A DNA stretch of 63,668 nt, the filler included, from an uncultured archaeon (GTDB lineage: Archaea; Nanobdellota; Nanobdellia; Woesearchaeales; CAIVOO01), in NCBI GenBank assembly GCA_903842985.1. It is 8 parts of 8 records of this genome, joined end to end, with 100 filler letters (N's around TTAATTAATTAA, not from the genome) between each part and the next. Parts side by side here need not be neighbours in the genome. Positions count along the whole stretch, not along the records: positions 1 to 27,866 come from CAIMOB010000014.1; positions 27,967 to 45,048 come from CAIMOB010000020.1; 6 more parts are not named here. One strand, written 5' to 3'. The notes beneath the pieces were generated by a model. The model saw only the letters and a list, made by a program, of their open reading frames with translations. It was not told the DNA's origin and ran no database searches. This document shows positions 27,498-37,687 of the stretch, one piece after another (positions within the stretch are counted from its first letter, which is position 1; each line of letters opens with the position of its first letter). The translations under genes were made by a program, and so were the position numbers.

Positions 27498-27866
27498 TTC
27501 TGCACAACCTTTCCGTTTTCTTCAGCAAATATCTGCGCATGGAATTTGTAGATTAGGCTTGTTTTCCACGCATCCATGGAAGCGCCGGCTTTCATGCACA
27601 GCTGTCTTAAGTATTTCTCAACATCCCAGTTGTATTCAAGAGGAACCTGCGGAAGCAGCAGTCCGGAATAAACCCCTGCCTTGAGTATTAACCCGTCCCT
27701 TCCGACAACTATTTTTTTGAAATATTCTTCATATCTTAACACTCTTATCAGTTCCGGCTTTGTAAGGATTGATATCTCAACTTCAATCTCGTTAAACTCT
27801 TCTTTTGTTAATGGCTTGAATCTTGTGTCTTCAAATGCAGCTGCCCTTGCAGCCCTTACAACTGCC
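27494..27866 (-). CDS. AMMECR1-domain protein, 5'-truncated by contig end
   Basis: AAF.D.RF.PL...E.EISILT.P, GRDGL, GLLLPQV, LCMKAG. Confidence 0.88.
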
Positions 27867-27966
27867 NNNNNNNNNNNNNNNNNNNNNNNNNNNNNNNNNN
27901 NNNNNNNNNNTTAATTAATTAANNNNNNNNNNNNNNNNNNNNNNNNNNNNNNNNNNNNNNNNNNNN
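27867..27966. other. artificial contig linker
   Basis: N44-TTAATTAATTAA-N44 (stops in all six frames); identical linkers at 45049, 51627, 55446, 57662, 59363, 61635. Confidence 0.98.
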
Positions 27967-28168
27967 AGAGACGAAATTAAAGGAGAAGGCAATAGAATGT
28001 CTAGAGATGGCGAAGCGCTACCATGAGGATGCGAAGCATTTCAGGAAGAAAGGTGATTACGCCTCAGCATTCGGCGCGCTGAACTACGCATTCGGCTGGC
28101 TTGACGCAGGCGCTGTCCTCGGCGTTTTTGAAGTTGACAGCAGCTCTGGATTGTTTGTGGTTGATTAG
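27967..28168 (+). CDS. DUF357 domain protein, 5'-truncated
   Basis: MAKRYHEDAKHF..KGD...AFGALNYAFGWLDAG..LG. Confidence 0.85.
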
Positions 28169-29076
28169 TCTCTTAAAACCTGTTTAAGATAGTTCTCTAT
28201 TGGCATAGACCTTGCAATCATCCCTTCAAGCATCTGCAGGTAAATATCGCTCACATTCTTGCTGTGGATTATTGTGCCTGGCGTAGCCCCTTCGTGTATC
28301 ATCGAAAGAAACACTGTGTTTTCATTCACGAATATCTGTATTGGCAGATATTCGTTAAGCAGATATATCTTTATTTTGTATTTCTTGATTCTTTCTTTTA
28401 GGTCCCTTACAATATTGAAAAGAAATTCTTTTCCTATTTTTTTTCTGGCAATATCAAAATGAAAATCAAGGCTCTCCTTGGAGACTATTGCAATCAATGA
28501 TTTGCCGCTTTTGTATGCGTCGATGTACGCTTTATTTACCATTGCAGTAGTTTCAGGCGAGGAGTGAGCCAGAGTTGGCCTTGACTGGCCAATTATCTTT
28601 CTAAACTTTATGAAATCCTCGTACTTTGCAGGATATATCATAAAAGGTATTGAGCCGTATCTTGACAGGGTATAGAATTTTTTGCTGACACCAAGCATCT
28701 TAAGCTGGGTGTACATAAATTCTTCTTTTGTCTTTGTTATCTCAATGTAATCGCTTTCCTCTTTTTTCTGCATCATATCAGTGATTACTTTTTCGTTCTC
28801 TATGACCTCATCAAACCTTTTTTTCATGAAATCCCTTATTTTCTCGTTCATGTTTTCTATGCTGTAAACGCAGGGCTTCTTACCCTTTTTTTCGATAAGA
28901 CCGTAGGAAAGAAGTTCATTGACATATTGATACAATCTACCTAGAGGTATCCCTGATTTTGATGCCAGCTTCTTTGCAGGTAAATCCTCCTCTCTAAGAG
29001 ATTTAAGCACAGTTGCCTGCTTTTCAGTAAGCCCGCATCTTCGCTTCAATTCCTCAAAGACTTTGTTGTTTAACAT
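28165..29076 (-). CDS. TrmB-family transcriptional regulator
   Basis: GLTEKQA.V...L...A..LA..SGIP..RLY...L...GLI N-terminal wHTH. Confidence 0.8.
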   Translation of the reverse strand: MLNNKVFEELKRRCGLTEKQATVLKSLREEDLPAKKLASKSGIPLGRLYQYVNELLSYGLIEKKGKKPCVYSIENMNEKIRDFMKKRFDEVIENEKVITDMMQKKEESDYIEITKTKEEFMYTQLKMLGVSKKFYTLSRYGSIPFMIYPAKYEDFIKFRKIIGQSRPTLAHSSPETTAMVNKAYIDAYKSGKSLIAIVSKESLDFHFDIARKKIGKEFLFNIVRDLKERIKKYKIKIYLLNEYLPIQIFVNENTVFLSMIHEGATPGTIIHSKNVSDIYLQMLEGMIARSMPIENYLKQVLRD

Positions 29077-29268
29077 CCCCGTTTTTATTATGTTTTTAAA
29101 CTATTTAAACCTTTCTTTTTAACACATTTAAACGTTTTTTTGTTGGAAACGTATTTATAGGTTTAAAGCTATTATGACTCGTTATAAGGGGTTTTTAGAT
29201 TTTTGAAGCCGTAGAAATTACGGCAAAACGCAAAATGTTTTCGGTTATCAACTGTAGCGAGAGCCACA

Positions 29269-29490
29269 ATGGAAAACGACCCATTTGAAGTGTACGAGCA
29301 CCACAAGCAGGTTGCAGTTATGGAGTATTACAGGCACATGCTTTCCCAGGAAAGGGGGCAGGAACTTACAAGAAACGAAGCAGCGTTCGAATGGGTTGAG
29401 TCAGGCAATGCAGAGAAATGGAGAGTTGATCCAAATTTCAGGAAAGAGATGTTCAAGAAAATGGAGGACTATGTCTGGAATAAAAAATGA
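29269..29490 (+). CDS. small hypothetical protein (DUF4032-like motif)
   Basis: LSQERGQELTRNEAAFEWV motif; ATGA overlap with the next gene. Confidence 0.55.
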   Translation: MENDPFEVYEHHKQVAVMEYYRHMLSQERGQELTRNEAAFEWVESGNAEKWRVDPNFRKEMFKKMEDYVWNKK

Positions 29491-29966
29491 CAGAGCACAA
29501 CATTGAAGAAAGAATTGCATCTTTTGTAAGGCTGCCGACACCTTCACCTAGCCATAGCATTTCTTGCAGTGGTGAAAACAAAACACTTTCAAACGCCTTG
29601 GGGAAGGACATCTTTGATGTGATTCAGTCGCTAAACTCAAAAGAGGGTTGGACAGTCGCGGAGTTCTGCGGAAAGCTGTGCCTGTCAATAAAGAAAAGAG
29701 GCAGCATTAAAAAATATATTCTTGCGGGGGTCGAAGAGGGCAGCGGAGTGATATCAAATAATTTCCAGGATTCAAAAAGATATTCAGGCATAGCGCTTCT
29801 TGAAGGAAACGGCCAGCAGATTGATTCAGGAGCCCAGGATTACGCGGAAAGGCACAAGGCAGTAGCCGACGAAATAAGCAGCATTCTGCATGAGGAGCTT
29901 TACGCGAAATTCGAAAGGGAAGTTCGCGATGGTGAGGAAAGGTACAGGATTATTGGAGGCGGATAA
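29487..29966 (+). CDS. hypothetical protein
   Basis: 159-aa ORF with tight operon spacing. Confidence 0.6.
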   Translation: MTEHNIEERIASFVRLPTPSPSHSISCSGENKTLSNALGKDIFDVIQSLNSKEGWTVAEFCGKLCLSIKKRGSIKKYILAGVEEGSGVISNNFQDSKRYSGIALLEGNGQQIDSGAQDYAERHKAVADEISSILHEELYAKFEREVRDGEERYRIIGGG

Positions 29967-29967
29967 A

Positions 29968-31356
29968 ATGAATCTTGAAAAAATACTGAGGACATTCGTT
30001 GCAGGCGCATCTCTGTGCGTGGCGATTGCCGGCTGCGAGAAGCCGATAGGAATGCAAACTCCAAATACCATGTATGTGGATCAGCTAGGAGAAGCTACAT
30101 TAAACCTGAACAATCTTGTTACCAATGCGAAAAATAAGAAGGTTAATTTCACTCTAGGCTCTGAACCCCAAAGTTTTGATGTACATATCAGTGAAGAAGG
30201 AATCCTCACAGCAAAACCAAAATATGGAAAATTAGAGCTTGAATGCGTTAAAGTTTGCGCATCCTCTAGTTTAAAAAACAAAGTATGCAAGGGGGCTTGT
30301 TTTTGGAGCGTTCCCTGTAAAAGCCCGGATGGAAAAATAATGAAGAGGGGGGAATTAAATGTTACATTAGATACAAATAAAGAAGCTGAATTAAACTTAT
30401 CCGATCTTCTTTGCTCTCCTAATGGTGAAATGAATTTTTTAATTACAAAAAATGACCCAAATCTGATTTCAGAGATAGATAACAATAGTTACCCAAGAAT
30501 TATGAAGATTAAACCTAAAAAAAATTTTGAAGAAGGAAATTTAGAAATAAGTATTGTGGGATATGATGACAGCAGGTATAAAAATGACATTGTAAAAGTA
30601 AGGGCATTTCGTAAGTACAATGCCGAAATTTCGGATTTCCCAATGGAGTTTTGGGTAAGTCAACAAGGTTCCACAATAATAAATTTAAACAAATATATTC
30701 ATGGCATAAAACCTGATAAAACATATTGGACCGCAGCAGAATATGATAGAGAGCGTCTAAATATTAAAATAAAAAATGGTCGAGCAATAATCTCTCATAA
30801 AAATTATGATTTTAAAGAAACAGAGGTAGAGTTTCGTGCATTCTTAAAACACGCGGGAATGGATGGAAGAACTTTACTTTTTTATCAACCAGTTATTATC
30901 AAACCTTCTTATGGCTGCCTAGCAAAGGACAATTTTTTCAAACAGACTTCTGAAAATCTTTGGGAAGGTGCCTGTTTAAGAAGATGCCCCGAAACAGGTG
31001 AAATTCCAGTAAATAAAGGTGACGTTATTGAAATAAGTTTAAGAGGAAATGTTTGTCAAGAAAAGACAATACAAAATCAAAGACATAAGGGTTGCGTATG
31101 TACTGAAGAAGGAATGTATGTCATGGTTTATTGTGAAGAGCCTGTAGAAGAGATAGTCTCTACAGATGGAATAGGTACTTCATATGTGAATAGTCTTATT
31201 AATAATATCCATGTCGGACCAGGTGGAAAAACCCACACATTTTATTACCTTCCCGAAAATAGAAAGTGTAAACTTAGAATGGTTCGCCCAGTCGAAGGAT
31301 CTGAATCTTGTCCTAATAATGTTTTGAATGTCGGTGTTAAGTTTTTGAATAAATAG
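29968..31356 (+). CDS. putative Cys-rich lipoprotein with Ig/cadherin-like repeats
   Basis: Start MNLEK with GGAGG SD; IAGC lipobox; repeated L-N-L-x-x beta modules. Confidence 0.6.
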   Translation: MNLEKILRTFVAGASLCVAIAGCEKPIGMQTPNTMYVDQLGEATLNLNNLVTNAKNKKVNFTLGSEPQSFDVHISEEGILTAKPKYGKLELECVKVCASSSLKNKVCKGACFWSVPCKSPDGKIMKRGELNVTLDTNKEAELNLSDLLCSPNGEMNFLITKNDPNLISEIDNNSYPRIMKIKPKKNFEEGNLEISIVGYDDSRYKNDIVKVRAFRKYNAEISDFPMEFWVSQQGSTIINLNKYIHGIKPDKTYWTAAEYDRERLNIKIKNGRAIISHKNYDFKETEVEFRAFLKHAGMDGRTLLFYQPVIIKPSYGCLAKDNFFKQTSENLWEGACLRRCPETGEIPVNKGDVIEISLRGNVCQEKTIQNQRHKGCVCTEEGMYVMVYCEEPVEEIVSTDGIGTSYVNSLINNIHVGPGGKTHTFYYLPENRKCKLRMVRPVEGSESCPNNVLNVGVKFLNK

Positions 31357-31375
31357 GTTAAGGAGCTGAACCAAA

Positions 31376-31819
31376 ATGCTCAAGGAAAAAGATTTCAGGA
31401 TAATTCCTCATTTGAGAAGCAACTCAAGGAAAAAGATAACGCAGATGTCGAAAGAGCTTGGAATCCCCGTTACAACCATCTACGACCGAATCAAGGCGCA
31501 GGAGAAAAAGCTCATAAGAAAATACACTGCACTGATGAACTTCGGCGCGCTGGGCTACCACACAAAGGCGCTCATTGCGCTAAAAATCAGCAGCAGCAGG
31601 GAGGAGTTTGAGAAATTCATCAGAAGCCACCCAAGCACAAATTCATTCTACAAAATCAACTATGACTATGATTACCTGGTTGAGGCGGTCTTCAAAGACA
31701 TGAAGGAGGCAAACGAGTTCACAGAGCAGCTTAGGTGCAATTTCGGCGTCCTGTACTTCAAGACATTCTTTATTCTGGACGACATCGAAAGGGAGGTTTT
31801 TCTGCCGAAAAATGAATAA
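31376..31819 (+). CDS. Lrp/AsnC family transcriptional regulator
   Basis: KD.RII..LR.NSR...T.MSKELGIP.TTIYDRI HTH plus RAM domain. Confidence 0.88.
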   Translation: MLKEKDFRIIPHLRSNSRKKITQMSKELGIPVTTIYDRIKAQEKKLIRKYTALMNFGALGYHTKALIALKISSSREEFEKFIRSHPSTNSFYKINYDYDYLVEAVFKDMKEANEFTEQLRCNFGVLYFKTFFILDDIEREVFLPKNE

Positions 31820-32381
31820 GCTGAAAGAAGCGGATGAGGCGCTGGAGCGCGGCTGGCTGACGACTGCGCAGATCATTTACTCCCAATCCGGAAAACGAAT
31901 CCCAAAAGAAAAGCTGATTAAATGCGGGGGCGTGTGTGTTGAACAATGGTTTTACACAAATTTTTTGAGGGAAGGATATTCAGATGACTGGCTCGAGTCT
32001 GCTTTGCGCTCTTACAGGCTTGCAAAGTATGAAGATGGAATCGCCAAGGTGGCGGACTGCTTCATCAGCAAAGATAAATGGAACAGGGCATTTGACATTT
32101 TTATGGGCCTGAAAGACAAGAAAAAAATCAGGGAATACTCCTATTTTTTTTACCAGAATGGCATGGACAAACTTGTGGTATATGGGTACCCAGGTGTAAC
32201 AATGCCTGAAACAGACTTTTATGAAAAGCATTTTGTTGCAGGAAAAGACAGGGAAGGCAGAACAATTTGGAAATCAATCTCAGCAGACAGCATACTTGGG
32301 GCGGTTGATTCGGAGCTTGAAGAGATGATTGACAGCATTAAGGGAAAAATCATCTCAGATTTTTTAGGAGTGTTCATTTAA
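31812..32381 (+). CDS. hypothetical helical protein
   Basis: 189-aa ORF overlapping the lrp stop. Confidence 0.55.
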   Translation: MNKLKEADEALERGWLTTAQIIYSQSGKRIPKEKLIKCGGVCVEQWFYTNFLREGYSDDWLESALRSYRLAKYEDGIAKVADCFISKDKWNRAFDIFMGLKDKKKIREYSYFFYQNGMDKLVVYGYPGVTMPETDFYEKHFVAGKDREGRTIWKSISADSILGAVDSELEEMIDSIKGKIISDFLGVFI

Positions 32382-32422
32382 TTACAGAAAAACTTAAAAA
32401 TTTACTAGACACACTGATTAAA

Positions 32423-33121
32423 ATGGTAGAAATAGTACCTTCGCTGCTCGGGGCATACGACAAGATAAAAAGCAGCGGAAAAATGGTGGAGCTCAAGCTG
32501 CCGGAGGAGATAGATAGGGCAATAGCTGCAGGAGTGGAACGGCTTGAAGTGGATTTGATGAGAAGAAAGTTCGTGCCTAATACGCGCAATTTGCCGCTGG
32601 GGCTTATCTTCAAAGCAGTAAAAGAGAGGGCTAAGCTTGACATCCATTTCATGGGATATATTAATGAGCAGGCAATTGACAATTTGATGAACATTAACGG
32701 CGTCCCGGACAGAAAAATTGACACTTTTTCGTTCCATTACGAAGCAACACCTGACCCGAGAAGGATTGCAATGTACATAAAAGAAAAGGGGATGAATGCC
32801 AGCGTTGCGCTGAACCCCTGGACGCCTGTTTCTTCTCTTGAGGACGCGCTTGAAGAGAAGCTGGTTGATGAGGTGCTTGTGATGAGTGTCTGCCCAGGCA
32901 AAGGCAGCCAGAAGTTCAGGGAAGAAACATACAGAAAGCTTGAAAGGCTGAAGAAAATGACCGGGCCGAATATCAGGATTAAGGTTGACGGCGGAGTAAA
33001 CGAAGAGAATGCCCAGGGACTTTACAAGTCAGGCGCAGACATCCTTGTCATCGGCTCTGCGTTCTTCAATTCAGGGGACTACAAGGGATTTGTTGACAGG
33101 ATAAGAAACAAATGCAGTTAA
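32423..33121 (+). CDS. rpe: ribulose-phosphate 3-epimerase (divergent)
   Basis: PSLL, FVPN, DIHFM, ALNP.TP, MSV.PG..SQ.F, VDGG, GAD..V.GSA. Confidence 0.85.
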   Translation: MVEIVPSLLGAYDKIKSSGKMVELKLPEEIDRAIAAGVERLEVDLMRRKFVPNTRNLPLGLIFKAVKERAKLDIHFMGYINEQAIDNLMNINGVPDRKIDTFSFHYEATPDPRRIAMYIKEKGMNASVALNPWTPVSSLEDALEEKLVDEVLVMSVCPGKGSQKFREETYRKLERLKKMTGPNIRIKVDGGVNEENAQGLYKSGADILVIGSAFFNSGDYKGFVDRIRNKCS

Positions 33122-33142
33122 ACTCCCAAACACAAAACTTTT

Positions 33143-34096
33143 CTAAGAATTAATCTTGATTTTTGGATAGATTCCCGGCTCCATGAAAACCCTTATTGTC
33201 TTGACAGCCAGACCCATTTCTTTTTCCAGCATTTCCCTTGATGTCATCTCTGCATTCCCGATTGCAACCAGTTCGTCTTTCAATGACATCACTGCAACCA
33301 GCTGGTTTTTCTCTATTTTATTATCAAACTTTGAAATACCCGGGACTTTCAGCTGCGCGCCGTGGCAGACAGAATCAATTGTCGTGTCAAAAACATAAAT
33401 CTTCGATAGATTGCCAACTGCCTTTTCCATCGGCTGTATCATCTTTTTTAATTGAGAATCGTTACCTTCTTTCCAGAAAACAAATGCATCCTGCAAATCT
33501 TGCAGACTCACTGCAGTTGATTCATCAAAAGGGCCGAGCTTTGTCCTTCTCAGCTCAGCCATGTGCGCGCCTGTTCCAAGCTCTTTGCCTATGTCGTGGC
33601 ACAGCTTCCTTATGTAAGTGCCTGCCTGACATCCGACCTTGAACAAGACATCCTTGCCTTGAATCTCAATTATTTCAAAATAATAAATCTCCCTTGTCCT
33701 TTCAACCCTCTTGACAGCGCTCTTTATCGGCGGAAGCTGTCTTATCTTTCCTGTGAATTTTATAAATGCTTTTCTTACTTCCTCTTCAGAAACATCCTTG
33801 TGAATGTGCATTACCCCGACATATTCTTTCATCGAGCCCAGAAGCGTCTGCACAATCTTTGTGTTATTCCCAAGCCCGACAACAACAACGCCGGTTACAG
33901 CTGGGTCAAGGCTGCCGCAATGCCCTGCCTTGTCCAGATGAAGAATCCTCTTGACATAGTCAGCAACCTGGTGGGTTGTCGGCCCTTTCGGCTTGTCAAT
34001 GTTAATCACTCCTTTTTCCAGAAGCTCATCTACATCCCTCTCTTCAGGCCTTTTGCCGTATTTCTCATCTGTTTTTGCTTCCTTTTTGACAATCAT
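33143..34096 (-). CDS. cbf5: H/ACA pseudouridine synthase Cbf5 (TruB family)
   Basis: DKPKGPT, GHCGSLDP, Q.PP.KSAVKR, GTYIRKLCHD, PUA domain. Confidence 0.95.
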   Translation of the reverse strand: MIVKKEAKTDEKYGKRPEERDVDELLEKGVINIDKPKGPTTHQVADYVKRILHLDKAGHCGSLDPAVTGVVVVGLGNNTKIVQTLLGSMKEYVGVMHIHKDVSEEEVRKAFIKFTGKIRQLPPIKSAVKRVERTREIYYFEIIEIQGKDVLFKVGCQAGTYIRKLCHDIGKELGTGAHMAELRRTKLGPFDESTAVSLQDLQDAFVFWKEGNDSQLKKMIQPMEKAVGNLSKIYVFDTTIDSVCHGAQLKVPGISKFDNKIEKNQLVAVMSLKDELVAIGNAEMTSREMLEKEMGLAVKTIRVFMEPGIYPKIKINS

Positions 34097-34143
34097 CTAT
34101 AGAATTAATCTGGATAATTATTTAAAGCTATTGATTAGAATAA

Positions 34144-36402
34144 TCAAACTTTCTTTGCAGAGAATGTCAGCACGCTTTCCTTATGACCTGTAGGAGCGTC
34201 AGACGGAATCAGAAGCCTTGTCGAGACATTGAATGAGTCGAAAGAAGTTCCGAACTGGAACAGGGAGCAGATGCTCTGTGATGTTGTAAAAATTTCAAAA
34301 GGCGTTGTCTTGAATGTTCCTTTGCATGAGTCTGTTTCTGTTACAATCCCCTTGACTTTTAATTCAGGATTTGTTCCGCCAATGAAAGAAGATGCGTTCT
34401 TGCTTGAAGTTATGTTGACGGAAATGTTTACTGTTCCGTCGTTTTCAACATAGAGGTACTGTGGATTGTATGCCCAGGTGCCGTTTGTTGCATTTGTCAA
34501 TGAAGAATCGAGCACAGCAAAAGTTTTGTCCGGGTCAACCCTGCCAGAGCCATAGTTGATGTTGTACTTTACCATGATTGAGACTTCTGATGTTAGATTA
34601 ATGGAGACGTTGCCCGTGCTTGAGCTACTGGCGTTAGAGCCGCCTCCCAGACCTCCACTTCCGAATCCGTCGAAGTGCTGGGCTTCAAACGTCAAAGTGC
34701 TGTCTGAGCACTTGACATATTTGCAGATGCTGTTGTCTGTGCAGTCTCCTCCGATGTTTGCCTGTGTTGCCACAATCGCGCCGTTTGCTTCAATGGCAGC
34801 CAGGCTTGTGTAAAATCCGGAAGTATGCCATAAATTAAAATTATCGCAGTCAATGCCTGCGAGCGTGACATTTGCTGTTTTGTTTAAATAAGGCATTGCA
34901 GTGGAGTTGATGCTTATGAAACCGGCGCCGTGCCTGAAGTTGTTTCCTGTTTCAGCCGGTGTTGTAAGATTCCCAGTTGCGCTCACTTCGCTGTATTTGA
35001 CATACGCAGTGTTTTTTGTGCCAAGGATGAAATTTGAAATATTTACTTTTTGCATCCAATAAAATTTGGCAATTGTCATGTTAAAAATCCTGTTTCCCGA
35101 CCCCCCTGCGTCCATGTACACGTCGTATATGCTGTTTGAATTTACTGTGTTGTTGATAAGTGTGTTGTTTGAAGAGCCTGATATTAAATAAAAGCCATAG
35201 TTATTTGAATTTGCAATATTGTTTTTTAGCCTGGCTCCTGAAACCCCCCAAAGCAGAAAGCCGCGTCCATAACTGCTGCCTGCATTTGAATTTGCAGTGT
35301 TATTCTCTATAATGCAGCCCGGACTTTGGGTGCTGATGTATATGCCATACATATCGTTAAAATTTGCAGTGTTGCCTGCCACTGTGATATTCGCGCTGTA
35401 GGAAACCTCAATTCCGGTGCTGTCCGAATTTGCAATGTTGTTTATCAGCTTGTTTTTTTTGCCGCGATACAGCTCAAAGCCGACATAGGTATTGCTCACG
35501 TTTGAATTTTTTACTACAGAATCAGTTGTATTGTAGAGCAGAATCATGTCTGTCGCTGCCGTGTTCTGCAGTGTTATATTTTCGCAGTTGCTGAAAGCTA
35601 TGAAGGAATAATTGCTGCCGTAGCCCAAAACTTGGTTATTTGGGCATGGCTTGTATGTCCCGTCAAAAAACAGGACGGGCTTGCCATTAATTGTGTTTGA
35701 AGTGTCAATGTCCTTTGGAGACACATGAGCAGCGCCCCCTGTCATGTACAGCCCATGCCCTCCTCTGCCAGTTGCTTTTGTTATGGAGTTGTTCCTTAAA
35801 GTTATGTTTGAAGTTTGGCCAATCATAATGCCGTGGGAATTGATGGTTAGTTTGTTGTTTGTCAATTTGTTATCTGTACCTGCCCATATAGATATTCCCC
35901 AGCTGGTTGAACTTGAATATATTGTGTTGTTGTCCACAGTATTTCCATTGCACTTCATATAAATCAGTATTCCGTCGCCAGTAGCGGGGCTTGAGGAATT
36001 AATCACATTGTTAATGATTTTATTATTGTTTGAGCTAGTAGGGGGGTAGCCAGAATAGAGAAATATTCCAATAAAAACATCTTTAATCCTGCAGTTCTTG
36101 ATTGTGTTACCGCTGTTGTTAACCAGATAAAAGCCGTAACCATTTAGGGAGTCATTTCCGTCAATCAAATGGTTCTGGCAGTTAAATGTCTTGTTGTTAA
36201 ATGCAGAGGAATTAATGCATACTGGATTTGTGTAATTAAATGGGTAGTCAGTTATGTCTGCTGTCAGCGCAATTGTGTCGCCTGCAGCCGCTGCTGTGAT
36301 ATTGGCATTGCAGCTTTCGCAGGAGTTGCAGTAATGAGTGGTTGCGAACGCGACAGGAACAGCAAGCAGAACAGCCAGAAACACCAACAGCCCTTTTTTC
36401 AT
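34144..36402 (-). CDS. secreted parallel beta-helix surface protein, paralogue 2
   Basis: Same signal peptide and near-identical C-terminal 156 aa as 3676-5793; NosD-like repeats. Confidence 0.85.
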   Translation of the reverse strand: MKKGLLVFLAVLLAVPVAFATTHYCNSCESCNANITAAAAGDTIALTADITDYPFNYTNPVCINSSAFNNKTFNCQNHLIDGNDSLNGYGFYLVNNSGNTIKNCRIKDVFIGIFLYSGYPPTSSNNNKIINNVINSSSPATGDGILIYMKCNGNTVDNNTIYSSSTSWGISIWAGTDNKLTNNKLTINSHGIMIGQTSNITLRNNSITKATGRGGHGLYMTGGAAHVSPKDIDTSNTINGKPVLFFDGTYKPCPNNQVLGYGSNYSFIAFSNCENITLQNTAATDMILLYNTTDSVVKNSNVSNTYVGFELYRGKKNKLINNIANSDSTGIEVSYSANITVAGNTANFNDMYGIYISTQSPGCIIENNTANSNAGSSYGRGFLLWGVSGARLKNNIANSNNYGFYLISGSSNNTLINNTVNSNSIYDVYMDAGGSGNRIFNMTIAKFYWMQKVNISNFILGTKNTAYVKYSEVSATGNLTTPAETGNNFRHGAGFISINSTAMPYLNKTANVTLAGIDCDNFNLWHTSGFYTSLAAIEANGAIVATQANIGGDCTDNSICKYVKCSDSTLTFEAQHFDGFGSGGLGGGSNASSSSTGNVSINLTSEVSIMVKYNINYGSGRVDPDKTFAVLDSSLTNATNGTWAYNPQYLYVENDGTVNISVNITSSKNASSFIGGTNPELKVKGIVTETDSCKGTFKTTPFEIFTTSQSICSLFQFGTSFDSFNVSTRLLIPSDAPTGHKESVLTFSAKKV

Positions 36403-36446
36403 TAATTGTGGTTAATATATGATTATATATAAATTTTGTTATTTAT

Positions 36447-37025
36447 TCAGAAATTGTCATCCAGCACTTCGTAATAAGCCTGCGGATGCTTGCATGCAGG
36501 GCATTCTTTTGGAGCTTCCTTTCCTTCGTGGATGTAGCCGCAGTTCATGCACTTCCATTTCACAACCTTGTCCTTGCTGAAGACTTTATTGTTTTTGATG
36601 TTTTCAAGCAGTTTCCTGTACCTTTCCTCATGATGCTTCTCAACTTCCCCGATTTCCTTGAATGAAGTTGCAACATCTTCAAACCCTTCTTTCCTTGCTG
36701 TTTTCTCAAACATAGGGTACAGCGTTCCCCATTCCATTTTTTCGCCGTTAGCTGCCTCAAGAAGGTTCTCGCTAGTTTTGCCTATTTTTCCTGCTGGGTA
36801 GGATGCTGTTATCTCGCAGTCCCCTCCCTCAAGATATTTGAAGAAAACCTTTGCATGCTCTTTTTCATTGTCAGCTGTCTCTTGGAATATTGCAGATATC
36901 TGCTGGAAGCCCTCTTTAAATGCAGCAGACGAGAAGAATGTGTACCTATTCCTTGCCTGGCTTTCGCCTGCGAACGCCTTCAGAAGATTCTTTTCTGTTT
37001 CTGTCCCCTTTATTTTTTTTGGCAT
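36447..37025 (-). CDS. rbr: rubrerythrin
   Basis: AFAGESQARNRY, E.EH, WKC.NCGY...CPAC.HP. Confidence 0.96.
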   Translation of the reverse strand: MPKKIKGTETEKNLLKAFAGESQARNRYTFFSSAAFKEGFQQISAIFQETADNEKEHAKVFFKYLEGGDCEITASYPAGKIGKTSENLLEAANGEKMEWGTLYPMFEKTARKEGFEDVATSFKEIGEVEKHHEERYRKLLENIKNNKVFSKDKVVKWKCMNCGYIHEGKEAPKECPACKHPQAYYEVLDDNF

Positions 37026-37062
37026 AATATGTTATTTTGATTATCCTTTTATAAATTTTTCC

Positions 37063-37653
37063 TTACTTCAGCGCATCCACAATCGCTGTCCCGAATTTTC
37101 TTGCAGCAGCCGGGCCGTTTGCTGTTATTATGTTTCCGTCTACTGAAAGGTCTTTTCCTGTGTAGTTCGCGCCCTTTGCTATAAGATTGCCTTTTTCAGA
37201 AGGGAAAGCTGTTGCTTCAATCCCCTCAAGCACGCCTGCATTCGCAAGTATCGAAGGCGCAATGCAGATTGCAGCCAGAACCTTCCCCTGCACAACAGCG
37301 TCTCTTGCGATTTTCATTGCAGCTGAATTGTTGAAATAGACAGTTGCGCCTGGCCCGCCGATGAATATGACTGCGTCATATTCAGAAACATCAACCTCAG
37401 AAATATCAATGTCAACAGGCAGCGAAGCGCCCATTGAACCCTTTGCTGTCTTTGTGCCCTTTGAAGCGACTGTCACATTTATTTTTTCGTTTTCAAGTAT
37501 CTTCTTCGGCTCCAGGCACTCTTCGTCCCTGAAATTCACCGGAGCAACTATAATCAAAGCTTTTTTTGCCATTATCTCACCCCTCTTTTCCTCCATATGA
37601 ACTTTTGCGCATCCCGCTAACACCAGCAAAAGCACTAAAAGTAATGCCCTCAT
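37063..37653 (-). CDS. DJ-1/PfpI family protein with lipoprotein-like N-terminus
   Basis: FRDEE, GG.G, AAICIAP, ITANGP; LVLAGC lipobox; alternative internal start at 37572. Confidence 0.9.
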   Translation of the reverse strand: MRALLLVLLLVLAGCAKVHMEEKRGEIMAKKALIIVAPVNFRDEECLEPKKILENEKINVTVASKGTKTAKGSMGASLPVDIDISEVDVSEYDAVIFIGGPGATVYFNNSAAMKIARDAVVQGKVLAAICIAPSILANAGVLEGIEATAFPSEKGNLIAKGANYTGKDLSVDGNIITANGPAAARKFGTAIVDALK

Positions 37654-37687
37654 AAAATATATAAAAAAGAATAAGTGTTAATAAATC

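Noticed and set aside
33143..34096. Possible intron in cbf5, as in some Crenarchaeota
   Set aside because: The ORF is continuous through the catalytic motif
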